A stretch of DNA of 64,000 bases from Octopus sinensis (taxonomy: Eukaryota): NCBI RefSeq assembly GCF_006345805.1, contig NC_043015.1:33728001-33792000 (forward strand), in the 5' to 3' direction. The number at the start of each line of letters is the position of its first letter. Position 1 is the first letter of the stretch. Position numbers and translations under genes: made by a program. The notes beneath the pieces are model-generated. The model was not told where the DNA came from. It saw only the letters and a list, made by a program, of their open reading frames with translations, and did no database searches. Shown here one piece after another: positions 37,740 through 52,254 of the stretch.

Positions 37740-38025
37740 CTGAAGACAACATATGAGTGTTCAGCTTATATCGAACAACCCGCACAAATGAGTTGTTTAT
37801 AGTGATCAAATGTTTGTGCCACATATCATCTCACTCTCTCTCCATCAAATCGATGCTGTCTGAACAGGTGCACAGGTGTGCCACACATCAGGTGTCAAAG
37901 TGATCACAGGGCAACATGAAATGAAGTGTTTTGCTCAAGAACATAATGCACCACCCAAACCAGGAATCGAAATAACAATCACTAGATCATGGGTGCAACA
38001 CCCTAACCACTAGGCCATGCACCTA
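37740..38025 (-). mobile_element. family C SINE
   Basis: gcaacatgaaatgaagtgttttgctcaagaacataatgc...caggaatcgaaa...gggtgcaacaccctaaccactaggcca, the reverse of a tRNA-like head. Confidence 0.75.
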
Positions 38026-38164
38026 GTGGTTATATATATACACCCAATAAATAGAAATGTTATTTAAAAAAAGCCAAACTCTAAAGTCTGTTGAAATATT
38101 GGGAAAGAGATTGAAAATTCAATATTATCACATGCATAAATTATAAAAACAATAACAATAATAA

Positions 38165-38570
38165 TAGTTTCAGATTTTGGCACAAGGCCAGCAGAGCTAG
38201 TCGATTACATTGACCCCAGTGTTCAACAGGTACTCATTTTATTGACCCTGAAAGCATAGTTGACCTCGGCGGAATTTGAACTCAGAACATAAAGACAGAC
38301 AAAATGCTGCTAAGCATTTTGCCAAGCATGCTAACAGTTCTGCCAGCTCACCACTTTAGACATTGATTTCAAATTTTGGCACAAGGCCAGTAATTTTGGG
38401 GGAGGGCATAAGTTAATTATATTGACCCCAGTGCATAACTGGTAATTATTTCATCAACCTGAAAGATGAAATTTAAAGTTGACTTCAGCAGTATTTGAAC
38501 TCAGAACCTACAGACAGACAAAGCATTATGCTTGATGTGCTAGCAATTCTGCCAGCTAACCACCTTAATA
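38165..38570 (-). mobile_element. two tandem family B SINEs
   Basis: Two reverse-complement copies, 38165-38355 and 38362-38570, flanked by (TAA)n. Confidence 0.85.
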
Positions 38571-39167
38571 ATAATATAACAACAACAACATTGAATAATA
38601 AATATAAAAAAATGTGAAGTACCAAAGTACTTGGGGCAGCAATAGGTATTTGCCATTAAATTATAAAGTATGAGACCAAGGAAGGGTGGAGTATTGAGAG
38701 ATGATTATGATGATTTATGGAAATATATTGAGCGTGAAAGCTAGAAATGAAGATTATGTCAAGTATTTCGGTGTTTCTCAAAACATTTTAGGCATGACCA
38801 GATTAGAAGTTACAACAGACAGGTGAGAGAATATTACCAGTTTGGGGTTGGTTTCTTATTTTGTGTTTTTGTTTTTTTCCTTTGCCAGAAATGGTGAAGA
38901 GAGAGAACTTATCACATGCGTGTGCAGACACAGGCGCATGGTGCATCTCCACTGCTCAACAACGATTCAATTATTCAATCAACTGAGTCACCTGCTCCTT
39001 AATAAACATTTATGTGGCTGAGTATACCACAAACGTGTACCTTTACAGTAATTTTCAGGTGTACGGATGAAGCTGTACCTTTTGAATTACAAGTACAGTC
39101 CACACAGGTTTCTATACAGCTTTTCACTGACCCTAGTTTTACTCCCAAAGTGTGGGTTGGGTTAAAG

Positions 39168-39382
39168 AAACGTTAGCACGCCGGGCGAAATGCGTAGCTG
39201 TATTTCGTCCACTGCAACATTCTGAGTTCAAATTCTGCCAAGGCCAACTTTGCCTTTCATCTTTTCAGGGTCAATAAATTAAGTACCAGTTATGCACTGG
39301 GGTCAATGTAATCGACTTAATCTGTTTGTCTGTCCTTGTTTGTCCCCTCTATGTTTAGCCCCTTGTGGGTAATAAAGAAACA
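39168..39382 (+). mobile_element. family B SINE (third tail type)
   Basis: Aligns closely with 33093-33325. Confidence 0.85.
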
Positions 39383-39888
39383 GATATAGAATATGATATT
39401 TGCCCCAACTGCCATCCAATGAGAATGGAACCAGGACCCCATGGTATCAAAGTGAGCTGCTTAACTGTATGACCATTCTGCTTCGACACACACATTGATA
39501 TATTGGTGGTAATGATGGTGGTTTGCTACCCTTTTTAACTTATAGTTTTATCCTTGCCTACTAGTCTACTACAATTGGCAACTTGTTGGCTACCCACACT
39601 ACCAACACTGGGACCAACGTTTTAGTCCCACAATTATTACTTTTTTTTAATTAAAAAATAAATAAAAAGTAATTGAGAATGAAAGATAAAGTTTATTAAG
39701 TCCCAAGTCAGCTCTGATCCAGGAGACCCATGATCCTAGACAAGGGCAACCCTATCTCTTATTCAGATAAAATCTAGGACTTCTTTTTAAGATGTGATTC
39801 CATGGAGATTTGCCTTCTACTTCTAACAAGCCCATTGACCATGAAGAAGATCTTGCATTCTTTCCTGAGTGTAAATATACACTTACAG

Positions 39889-40232
39889 CAGTGGTTCTCA
39901 GTCAATTTTATTTTCTTACCTATGGATTACTTTGATTACCATTTTACTTTGATGGACCCCCCCCCCCTAGCCATTTGATATTTAAAAACTAGTTTTATAG
40001 ATACTTTCAAAATTCCTAAATGGCTGCTCACTCATTAACTTGTGTCCAGGTGAATTATGTAAAATGATAGAGAAAGAAACCTTGCTGCAATAAAACACTT
40101 CTAAAGCAAAAAATTTTTATGGACCCTTAAAATACTACTATGGGTACCCTATTTACTATTTAGCTTGTGTGGAGCCCAAAAAATCTTACATGGACACTTA
40201 CGGGTCATACAGACCCTAGTTGAGAGCCACTG
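39889..40232. mobile_element. hAT/Charlie-type MITE
   Basis: TIRs CAGTGGTTCTCA ... TGAGAGCCACTG with repeated internal tggac(c)cc motifs. No clean 8-bp TSD. Confidence 0.7.
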
Positions 40233-41003
40233 CACTAGTGTATGGAGTATTTGTTATAAGAGTACATTAAAGAGTAGTGATCCTAAACGGCATGTGACTG
40301 TACACTAAAAAATAATGTTCTTTACAAAGAGTGTAAGTATACACTTAAAGTATGGAGTGTTTTTATTTGGAGTGTGACTGCACACCAATGTCTGTATGGA
40401 GTGTAAGTGTATACTAAAGTGTCAAGTATTTTTATGGGTAAGTAAACACTTATGTCTACCATGGCTAGAAAATAATAATATTTATACTCTGTGCAGCAGC
40501 TGGATACTCAAAGTGATTTTATATGCTGAAACTATTTTTAACAACGGGGTATAAATTTTAATTAAATTCAACATTAAATATTCCATTGTTCGTCAATCGT
40601 ATCAACAATTTCTTTGATGCATGATAATTGAGAAGAATTTCAAATAAACTTCACAACAAAAACGCAAGCTGATCAAAAGAAATTTCAATTCAATTTCTCA
40701 TATCTGTAGTAAAGAGGCAGAAAAATGAGCCATTTCATAGTGCCATAAATACATGAAACATCAGCTTATTAATTCTATACCATATTGAAAATATTATTAG
40801 CAAAGAAAAACTGTTCAGAACTATGTATCTCAGATTTCAAAACATGTTTAGGTTTACAAAAACAAAGAAAAAATAATTTCAATTTCTGGGACATTTTACA
40901 ACTCCATATGTTAGGATTTGTGAAATCCTTTAATTTTCCAAAGTAGTTCAATAACATTACATATTGAACTATTTCAAAAAGAACAACAGGAGCACATGGC
41001 ATT

Positions 41004-41061
<58 letters not shown>

Positions 41062-41111
41062 CCAATAAATTATTTCTTTCATCTTTAATTTCCTAAGCTA
41101 AAATTCCTTCA

Positions 41112-41156
<45 letters not shown>

Positions 41157-42899
41157 TATACACACACACATACACATATAAAGAAATATTTTTTATACTT
41201 GGTAAAACTGTATCAAGTAACTTTCACAAAGATTTTAAAATAAAATATATATACATATATACACCCACACACAAGAAAAATTGGTATATGCATGTGCAAG
41301 TATATATATATACATATACGCATACATATATACACAAGTACACATACACATGAACACATACAACATACATATACACACACACACATTATCCTGTAATATG
41401 ACTTACAAAAGAAAAGCAAAGTAAATGTGTAGGGTCTATATAATTGGCCAGGATTGGTAAAGTCTTCACCTGAAGTTCCATCAGATGGTCGCATACCACC
41501 TGAGTTGAGATATCTATGATGAACCAAAGGATTTTCAGACAACCAAAATGCACAAGTGTAGACCTTTCAAAGGCCATTTTGGGGGATGTTGTCTTCTTCA
41601 CTGTCAATAAAATAAGTACAAGATGATCCGTGGAGTCGATGTAAATGACTTACACCCTCACCCAAAATAGTGCAGAGAGGAGAGTGGCGGTTGTGAGGAT
41701 GTGTCTAGTACCACATTGTTGAGAAGTAGTTGGGAGGTTTTTACTTAGTACTAGAGTTGAGTGAGAAGTACTAGAGTTAAGTGAGTGGTTGTTTTAGTGC
41801 TGAGTGGCAGGATAGATGTGAGTACCAAGTAATGGTATAGAGTAACTATTAAAAGAAACCACACCCAGCCACAATAAGTCTACAGAAGTATGAAGCTAGT
41901 TTACTGAGGCAGATTAGTTTATAGAGAGACAGAGAAGATTGACAAGTGTAACATAGAGATATAGAAGCTACCTTATAGTTGGGGTGGGGAGAGAAAGAGA
42001 GAGAAGATATAGAAATTTCTAATATACAATTATACAAGAGCAGAACTCCAATGTGTGTCTTGAGACTTCAGAAGATCAACAAGTGATCAGTATTAAAATA
42101 TTTCCTGGTTTTTACAATAGCTATGTTATATACGTATCCCATATACACCAACACATTAGTACATTTCTACAGACTCCATCTCTCGTTTCTTTGAAGCATT
42201 TTTGAATTGTGTCTTGATATATCAAAATAATTATTTCACAAGAAAAGAGAAAATGCTAATAACTGCTTCTGTGTATGTGTATGCATTTATGTGTGTGTGT
42301 GTATTTGTAAAAGTTAAACAGGAGATAAAATGCAACTAAAAGATGTAATTATGTCAAGCATATTTGTAAATATCAAAAGGTAATTGATATATTTTGGTAT
42401 CTGTATATTTATATTCAATTAATATTTTACCAAGATTGAATTGCAGCCATATTGAGACACCACATTTGAGGGTCTTTGTTGTGCATATTAACCCCAGGAA
42501 TTAATTTTTAAGTTTGAGACTTATCTTATTGCCATACATTTGCTAAACAACTTTGTTATGGTACATCAAAAAGATTGCTGGCCTTTAAGTGGCATAAATG
42601 CAAACACACAAACACTCCAAGATTTAGACAGACAGACAAATAGATACATATATGATGGGTTTCTGTCTACCAATTTTCACCCAAGGCCTTGCTCATCTCA
42701 AAGCAAAAGTAGAAAACATTTACCCAACGTCCAATGCAGTGGAACACCAAACAAAGAAGCACAGCTACAAATTGAACAGTTTAACCATACAATCATGTCT
42801 ACACTTATACTACTGATATGTTTTTTTTTTTTTGAGAATCCACAGTTCAAAAAGGCAGCAACTATACCTTGCTTGATAGGATTATGGGTTCAAATCTAG

Positions 42900-43265
42900 T
42901 CATCATTATCATTATTTAATGTCTGCTTTTATGCTGGCATGGGTTGGATGGTTTGACTGAAAACTGGTAAGCTGAGGAACTGCACCAGGTTCCGATCTGA
43001 TTTGGCAGGGTTTATACAGCTGGATGTCCTTCCTAACGTCAACCACTCAGAGTGTAGTGGGTGTTTTTTACATTCCACCAGCACAGGTGCCATTGACCTG
43101 ACATCAGCATCGGCCACAACTATGGTCTTACTTGGCCAAAGGTCTTGGTCACCTGCCACTTCCCCCATGAAGCCCAATGCTCGAATGGTACTTTTTATGT
43201 GCCACCAGTACAGGTGCCAGTCAGGGAGCACTGGCATCAACCACAACTACGATTTCACTTGGCAC
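42900..43265 (-). mobile_element. family D repeat
   Basis: catcattatc...atgctggcatgggttggatgg...tggatgtccttcctaacgtcaaccactc... Confidence 0.75.
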
Positions 43266-44599
43266 ATAAAAATAAAAGTGTTACACAGCTTTTCAAGATT
43301 GTTGCAGCTTTTTTAACATAGTCGCTCAGTAGCAATATAATATTATAAACAGGTTATAGCTTTCATTCCATAGTTAAGATTGCTTACTTCTTCACATAAA
43401 GTGGAAAATAATAATTAACTATCCGTATAAGAAAAGGTAACAAGTATATAGCAAGGATTATAGCTTTAAGAGATACTTTCTGCTAAGACTGCATTTTCAA
43501 TACAACCTATGTGGATTTCTAGACCATATAAAGAATTGAAGGCTTCAAATAAAATACATTTAAAAAAAAACATGTATCTCGTGACTTTCCATAAATTTCG
43601 AGTTATCTTACTGATTTCAAAATAACTGAAGTATTTCTAACCGTACTACTAATCATTATTATTATTATTATTGAATTACTATGTCATAAAAATAATGTTG
43701 GCAACACCAGCACATTCGAGATGTGTGTGTATATACACAGCTGCATCATCTGGAATTATCGACGACTTAAAATAAGCTAATCATAACTTCAGGTTTAATG
43801 GGGAAAATAAAATTATCCTTATTAAATGCTCTGTTTTGCTATTGTTGGCAACATAGTATCAAAGTATTAGCAGTAGCCGGACACTGCCAGGATTTTATTG
43901 TACAGTTGCTTTCTGTTTTTACTGCAAATACCAGTCGAAAGTAGAGAAAAGATATAAACCCACATGTCACAATGAATTATATTGCATATAATGAATATTA
44001 ACAACAGAAATATTCCAAACATGGTACTGAAATTTTTATAGCAATAAAATTTCTTCAGTGACAGATGAAATTGTGTTATATGGTTCCTGGTTATATTGTT
44101 ATTCCAGTATCAGTTATTAATACATTTGGCTTCACAGATGAAGATGTAGGCACAGCACAGAAGTATTTCTAAGGCATCAAAGAGATCACAAGAGTAGGTA
44201 TTTCATTCAAATTCCACAGTGTGATGTAGATGGCAAATAAATCTCATCTCGGGGCAACTCAATGACAATCTGTTGGAGAAATTTCCAAAAGAACCGAGTA
44301 ATATACATTTAAATGTTTAACTCAAAGGTCATCATGAAAGTACTTGTGGCAAGTCTGAGGGTTAAAACGACCATCAGGGCTGGTTATTTGTTGGGTAGCA
44401 ATGATTAGAAAGTTTCTTGGCAACTGAGTGTATATAGGGTTAGAAGGAGTGTTTAGCAGTGGTATTGTTGCATATGCAATTTGGAGTTGAAAGTTGTTGT
44501 TTCTTCCCAGATCTGACCTGATTGGACAGACCTGGCTAAAGATGTTCCAGCCATGAAAACTGACATTTTCCAGTATGTCCTCTTCCTCCTCCTCACCTT

Positions 44600-44820
44600 T
44601 TAGTATCTAAACTCGCCATACACAACCCAAATATTCTTTTATGTTTTGCATCCAAACCAGTCAGATCTGGTCTCTCACACTTACCCTGCAATGTAATTCT
44701 TAAAATCAACAACCACATCGTCAAAATCTCAAAGCCATGAGATAATACGTGATTAATTGAAAACAATGTGAATAAATAAGCATTACATTTGAGAGAGTAA
44801 TCTGAATGCTAAAGAGTTAA
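44600..44820. mobile_element. family 1 MITE nested in a reverse family E repeat (about 44480-44900)
   Basis: Ends tctgaatgctaaagagttaa; the flanks match family E in reverse. Confidence 0.75.
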
Positions 44821-46922
44821 AAACATTAAGGTACCATTTGAGGGATGTTTGGTAGATATTTTCATGTTGAGCCACCATGTATGGGTTCCCTTATTAGCTT
44901 GTGAAGTCAGAAATAAAGAGAGAGAGGTGTGCTAGAATCATCTTAGTTAAGGAATGGTTATTGGGAAAATGCAAAATTAGCAGAGATCTAGATTAGAGAA
45001 CGGAAAGCTAACTTGAATGCAAATTGGGAAAAAGGGATATATATATCTTAACCAATTAGCATTAAATATCTTACACATTCAGTTGTTTCCTACAAATAAT
45101 TATTATACCTTAAACACTGCATTAAAGTTCCCAAAATGCAGTACTATCATGTACAGTTCCTTAAGGACCAACATATCTGCAAGAGAATCTTTGTAAACAT
45201 TGTGTTGAATTACATTGAACAAGTTGCTTTACTACATTTGAATCTGCAACCTTTCATAGGTTTTCCTGCTCCAGTATTGAAGTGAACAAACTCACATCAC
45301 CTTTCGTTACAAACCCATCTTTGAAAAGGATGGACATGTAGTCAGTGATATTTAAAAAAGTGTAATAGCCCATGGCAGAAATGGTTTCATCCATAGGTTT
45401 GTTCAATTAGGGTTCACCTATGGCTAAACATTAACAACCCACGATCCAATTTTTGGAGAAAGACAATGGAATGGTTTCAGAAAGAAAAGACAAAAATATT
45501 TAACATCTCATCGAAAACTTTGAAACCGATATAATTCTATTGCATTTCCTCTCTTCTTATACCCTCTCCCTGCAATATCCCAACCTCACCACACACCTAC
45601 AGTTCGAGAATCAAGTTTTTTGATCCATAAACTAGTTTCACACATTAAGCTTAATATCTGCAGAAATGCCAAATTTCTTTGAGTATTAAGAAATGGCATT
45701 TCTGGCAGAATTAGTTTCACTTTCAATAATCTTCAAGAAAATTTCAACACGTTAATACTTTCTTTTCTCAATTTTGTTGAGTTTTTTTTTTACTTTATTC
45801 TACAGAAAAGCATATTTCTAAAAACAAAAAGGAAAGAAACTTCCAATAAGGAAAGAAAAAAGAAAAAAAAATGAAAATCATTGCCAAAGTATTTGAGGAT
45901 TTTTTCAAAAGATTTAGATTAGAAGCTATTTCCAATGTAAATCTTTAGTTTTAGCAAGAAATTTAAACATTTAGATAGCTAATCTGTCAACATTTAATAA
46001 GTCGATTCATCTTAGTAGTGTTTAATTGCTACATGGGTTAGCTTCTGTGAATACTTGAACAGAATCACAAAATGGTAATCCAAAAGAACATTAACCTTAA
46101 CAGAGGAGATGTCTCGAAGGGCAAGCTTTTAATGTGAAAAAAATCTGATGACTTCACTGGCTGAGTTATGTTGATGACAACTTGTAAAGGCTGAACTACA
46201 GAATTAACAAGTTAAACCTAATCCACATTATGGTGAGTGAATGTAAATAAAATGGCTGGGATGTTGATGGAGAAGAGAGAAAGAATTAGAATGAAGAAGG
46301 AGGGAATCCAGTTTGAGAATATTCCACACTTGGACATTTAATACACCTTTTCTAATATCATCCTGGTGCTTGTATTTCAAACCATATCACAACAATAGCA
46401 GCAACAGCAATATCATTCATCATTCTACTTATTACTGAATGTCTCTCTCTCTACTTCATCAACAATTCTATCATCACCATTATCATCATCAACATCAAGC
46501 ATGGTGTTATACATTCATTTTGGAATGGGTTAACCCAGTGCTTCTCAAGGTGGGCCGTGGAAATATTTTGGTGAAATGTGGGACTTCACCATAGGAAATA
46601 AGGATATTTCATAGAAATAATTTCAAAGCTGATTTCTGACAAAAAAATAAAATGGACCAAAATCACTGTCAAAATACTTAGTGGCATTTCTTCTGGCTTT
46701 ACATTCTGAGTTCAAATGTCTTCCATCCTTTCAGGATCATTGAAATTAGGTACCACTTGCGCACTGGGGCCAATGTAATTGACTTGTCCCCTTTCCCAGA
46801 AATATTTCAGGCCTTCTGTCTACAGTAGACAATTTTTAATCACTTTCTGGTAATTTGCAACAGATTAGATTTGTAAAGTGGTCTGAAATATTTTTAACAA
46901 CATTCTAGGTTATTTTCAAGGT

Positions 46923-47146
46923 TTAATCCTTTGGCATTTTAACTGGCCATATCCAGCCCCAATATTCCACCTGTTTTATGTTCAAACCGGCTAGATCCAG
47001 CCTCTCACACCTACCCTACATTGTCATTCTTAAAATAAACAATCACATCATTGAAATCTAGAAGTTATGAGATGATGCATAATTCATTGAAATCAATGTG
47101 AATAAACATCACATTTGACAGAGTAATCTGAAAACTAAAGGGTTAA
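46923..47146. mobile_element. family 1 MITE, full-length
   Basis: TTAAtcctttggcatt...aaactaaagggTTAA. Confidence 0.85.
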
Positions 47147-48264
47147 TGGGGTAACCTGGGCAGAGAGCACCCAAAGCCATGCTATTTATGGTGAAGTTAT
47201 TTGTTCCAGGCTGTATCTTTATGTTAGCATTTTATTTTAACAAGTTTGTTCATCTCAACTAGTTGACTTTTCTTCACTACCAATGTTAACACTCGACACA
47301 AAATGGCCTGAGACCAACTTTGGTCCCATGATACAAATTTCTTGTTCTAAAGGGAGCTAAATTAAAGCCTTTCATTCAAATGTTAATATAGGTTCCAAAC
47401 ACAAGATTAGAAACGGACAATTTTTTTTTTTTTTTTTTAGAAAATTCTTCATTATTTTCAATATTAAATGAAACAAAGACGGTGCATTTCAACAGAAATA
47501 TGGTAACAAAAGGGTTAATGTAGCTTTTCATCCTTCTGAGATGGATATAATAAAATACCAGTTAAATACTGGTGTCAATCTAATATCTTATAATGCATCC
47601 GAGATATGAATGAAATTACAATAAAAGACCTAAATAAGTCCTTTGATCATAGTCTACTGGATGGAGGTTGACCTATGGTTAAAGAACACCACCAAAGCAA
47701 AAAGTTTAGGTTAACATCCTTAAAGGTAAACAGTATAGAAGATCTAAACATTTACATAAGTGATGGGTGGAGGAAAGGATAAGATGGAAAGTCAGTGGAG
47801 AGAGAGAGAAACAGAGAGAGAAAATAGGATAAAGAGGAAAGGTTTGATGTTGAAATGAAATCAATAGAAAGTAAGCTAAAGCCAAGTAGTTCCACTTATG
47901 GCAATGATAATTGGACTTCTAACACTGCAATGGTAACCTTTAAAGTAGCTATTGCAGACAACTGAGAATGTAAGGATGGCATTAATAAAATAGTAAAATA
48001 TCAATGAAAAGGAAACAAGATTTGATAAGTAGGGAGAACAATCCTTAATGAATAGAAGTGCACTTAAGGGCTGACCTTTCAGGACCACAACTCCCTGGTA
48101 GGGGTGGGAGAAGAAATGTTCAATCCTAGTGAAAAGAGGTGAGTGGACCAGAGGCAGAAAGGTTTCAATAAAGCTTTTCTTCAGTTTCAAAGCTTTATGT
48201 AAATAACTGATAATTATCAATTGCCACACCTGAAAACAGTGTGGACCTTGTTGCCATATATAGG

Positions 48265-48296
<32 letters not shown>

Positions 48297-50232
48297 GAGA
48301 AATAAAGAGAGAGTGTGTGTGTATGGAGAGAGTAAGAGAGACAAAAAAAGAAAATAAATGTTAGCTGCTGTAGCAAAATAGTGCTAAAGTGAGAGGGAGA
48401 TAATGAGAAGAGGATAATTTAATGACTAGAAATATGTTTGATTCAACAAACAATGCAGCTTCCTTTGACAAACCAACAATGAAAAGAATGACGGGGCTTT
48501 TGGACATTTATAAATAACCAGTTTGGTCATTTATAAATAATCACCTGATCATTAAAAATGATGACTTTGTTGTTTATAGAGGATGTCCTGGTCGTTTACA
48601 ATTTTCTTATCACTTAATCAAATAGAAGACGATGCTGGTAATCCTTTAAAGGATATACCTGAGACAGGCTCCGAGAGAGGAAAGGAGATTTCCTCAAACT
48701 GGACGCCCAGCAGAAATGTTTGTAACAATAAACTCACGAAAGGTATGCAATGGTGGTGGTGGTGTTAAACTGGTCAACTGATTGAGATGACTACAGGATC
48801 ACTTGTGAATAATGATTTAGCAAGTCATAGATGATTACTCGCGAATTGTTTATAAGTGGTGAGCGGGTTATTATAAACGATGACAAAGTTATAAATAACC
48901 ATTTGGGGATCAATGATATAAACAAACAAACAAACAACAGCACCGTCAACTTTAATCAAAATCTGTCTACAACAGAGTCAATATTACAATCAACGGTGCC
49001 TTAATATAGCAACCAACATCACATTAAATAATGCAGTCTACAGTGCAATCAATATTAGTCAATAGTGCAATCAACAGTGCTGTAAACATTACAGTGAACA
49101 CTAGTAGTATTTTATTTGCATTTTAGTCAACATTTCAGTTGCTATATTTGAAATGAATCATTCTCTCTCGTTCTTCGTATAATAATGGTATGGCAGGGGG
49201 AGCCACTGTGAGACTGAAATTGAGGAATTCTTGATCTTCTTGAAAATAAAATTTGTATACAAGATGGCTCCTAACTACCGACACTGAAGACACGAACTAC
49301 AGTATTTCTGGCCATTGTAGGTATATATATGAATTCAAGTAAATATTGATGATTGGTAAATCATTGGCATGTTGAAATGTTACAGAAACCATCATTATAG
49401 AGGAATTCAAAAGAAGATACTCTGGAATATCTAATAATTCCATGAGAAAATCTGAAACCCATTACTGAAAACTAGCAAAAAGTTTATAAAGTCAAATCGA
49501 GAAACAGGGGAATCTATTACCATCATTAAGTAATTGAAAGGAAATGTGGTACTAATTAAAAACAATGGTTTCTAATTTAGGCACAAAGCCAGCATTTTTG
49601 AGGGGAAGGAGCTAGTTAATTACATTGACCCCCAGTTTGACTCTAGAAAGGATGAAAAGTAAAGATGCCATCAACAGGATTTGAACTAAGAACATAGAGC
49701 ATTGGACAAAATACTACAAGGTATTTTGTCCAATGCTGTAACAATCGTGCCATGCCTCCTCATGACATTTATTTACAGCTGGATGAACAAGGTCAACAAG
49801 TATTTCAGGCATAACACTCACAGTAGTACCAAGTGTCAGGTGTATCTTGCATATCTAATTGAGGATTGGACTGGAAAGTTGGGAAATAAAGGAAACACCA
49901 GAACAATCTTCTTGTCTAATCCCAAAGATAAGAAACTAGAATAGCAACAGTCATTCATCTTGGTCTCAGGATAACAAGAATATCAACACACTGATTTAAT
50001 TTGTGACAGGGCTTCATGAACAGACAGGATAGAAATTTTAAGTATGAAGATTATAAATAATATTTAATATGACAAGGCTATAAATAGTAGAATTATACTT
50101 GTCAAAATTACTGAGAGGTAACTACAGATTAGCAAAGACACAGATATAGATCTTTCCACCGACAGAACAATTGTAGCTTATTATATAGGAAGGGTGGGTG
50201 CAAATGTAGAATAGACCCAGATCATCATCATC

Positions 50233-50447
50233 ATTTAAACTGGCCATATCCTGCCCAAGTATTCAGCCTGTTTTATGTTCAAACTGACCAGGTCTTGCCT
50301 CTCACACCCATTTTTCTCTGTTGTTCTAAAAGTCAACAATCACATCTCTGAAATCTCAAAGCTATGAAGTTAATGCATGATTAATTGAAAACAATGTGAA
50401 TAAATAAGCAATATATTTGACAGAATAATCTAAATGCTAAAGGGTGA
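50233..50447. mobile_element. family 1 MITE
   Basis: tttaaactggccatatcc...ctaaatgctaaagggt, inserted in the tail of a family D remnant. Confidence 0.75.
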
Positions 50448-50803
50448 ATGTCTGTTTTCCATGCTGGCATGGATTGGACGGTTTGTCCAGATGGAGATGG
50501 TAAATTGGAAGAATCATTAAAGCATTATATAGAATGCTGCAAAGTATTCATTCTGGTTCTCTTCATTCTTGTTTCTTATCTTGTTGAGAACTGCATTGAT
50601 ATCACAAGTGTCAGAGGAACATCCATCCACTTATCAGTAGATTTCCCAAGTACAAAGTCATTTGGCTGACAAACTGTATGACCATCAACAAAACTAACAG
50701 TCTGTCATCTGAAAGTCAGATGAACACACACAGTGTTCTTAGAAATCAAGTAACACATGAAGGAATCTCATGATGAGCAACTAGAAACAGCAGCCAGATC
50801 TAC

Positions 50804-50833
50804 CTCAACAACGTGACCCCGGATTCCCACAAC
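50804..50833 (-). other. candidate 30-nt microexon
   Basis: tttagtttttgtctgtttatcag|GTTGTGGGAATCCGGGGTCACGTTGTTGAG|gtagat. A GC-rich island between a strong acceptor and a GT donor. Confidence 0.35.
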
Positions 50834-51707
50834 CTGATAAACAGACAAAAACTAAAGTAATACCTCACTTTACGAGACCCTGGGTTTAGGGTTTTATTTT
50901 TCAAGGACAAAATCCAAATTTTGAATGAAATGCAAAGGTTTCTACTACCACAACAAATGCTTCTGCATGTTACCGAGAAATTTAGAGAGAGAGAAAAAAA
51001 GTTTCTTCTAAGCAAACAATTTATTGTAGATTTATTTTTTGAAAAGAAATCTACAAATCTATGAATTGGCGATTGTGTCTACAAGTCGAGTCTTGTGAAA
51101 GTGATTAGAAACAGTTATAATAATGTTTTTTATTATAAATGATCTTGACTCCCTTTTTACTTTACATAAAATACTCTTTACATTCTATTGTTTTATTGCC
51201 ATTATTTTACAAGTATTATAAATTTTATAAGTAAATTATTTTTCTGGGAACAAATAACAATTCATAACATTGTTACTATGAGAAATTATTGCTCTGCTTT
51301 AGGAGTTTTCGCTTTACGAGCAGTCTCCGGGAACAAATTAACTTGCATATTTTTTACTGTATATGGCTTTGATCAGAGGTCCATTGAATCAGATTTGATA
51401 TAGAACAAAATAACACATAACAGCATTTAAATGTACCTGTTAATAGGAACCACCGTTGAATGATTGAGAGAGAGATAGAGTTATATTGAGAAGCTGTCAT
51501 TACAGGTATGATGAATGTAGTGGTGGTGGTGTTATCAGAAGACAATATACATTCCTCGCTGATGATATAACAATACGAAGGTATGAGAAGAAGGTTGGAG
51601 AGAAGGGAAATAGATTAGATAGAATATGTGTGAGGGAGGGGGGTGACCTTTCGTTCTCATCCCTCCCACAACAATGTAGATAATAACATAACTGAAGTAG
51701 GACATAC

Positions 51708-51742
51708 CTCATTAGATTAGGTGACAACATGGGACAGAGACA
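51708..51742 (-). other. candidate 35-nt microexon
   Basis: gtgtttcttcctttaccag|TGTCTCTGTCCCATGTTGTCACCTAATCTAATGAG|gtatgt. Strong acceptor and donor. Confidence 0.35.
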
Positions 51743-52254
51743 CTGGTAAAGGAAGAAACACACACACACACACACACACAAACAGAAGCACAAAAGCACG
51801 TAAATATACAATCTAATAGGTGCACACAGACACAAATACTTCACTTATACAAATGAACACACACACACACACGCACGTAAACACAAAGACAGGGTAATAA
51901 TATAGAGTAACTTTTGTTAAACCTAGGGTCATAAAGTAATTAAAATATAGAAGCCTCACACTAGGTAGTCATTCTGTATTTAATATGGGCCACACTCAGT
52001 GGTGGAGGTCATGCAGTATTAATATAGAGGCCTTCCACTGCGAGATCATGTAGTATTAATATATTACACTGCTTATTTATTCATATTGTTTTCAATTATT
52101 TATGCATTGTCTCATAGCTTTGAGATTTTTATATGATTATTTCTATCTAGAATGACATTGCAGGATAGGTATGAAAGGCCAGTTTTGGCTGGTTTGAACG
52201 AGTAGAATATTTGGGCCAGATTATCTGGTCACACACAAGATCAGAACCAGAATG

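Noticed and set aside
41386-41607. Overlapping minus-strand ORFs with an AG upstream and GTAAGT downstream
   Set aside because: The acceptor derives from a SINE remnant (aataaaataagtac), the donor context is weak, and no protein is recognisable.
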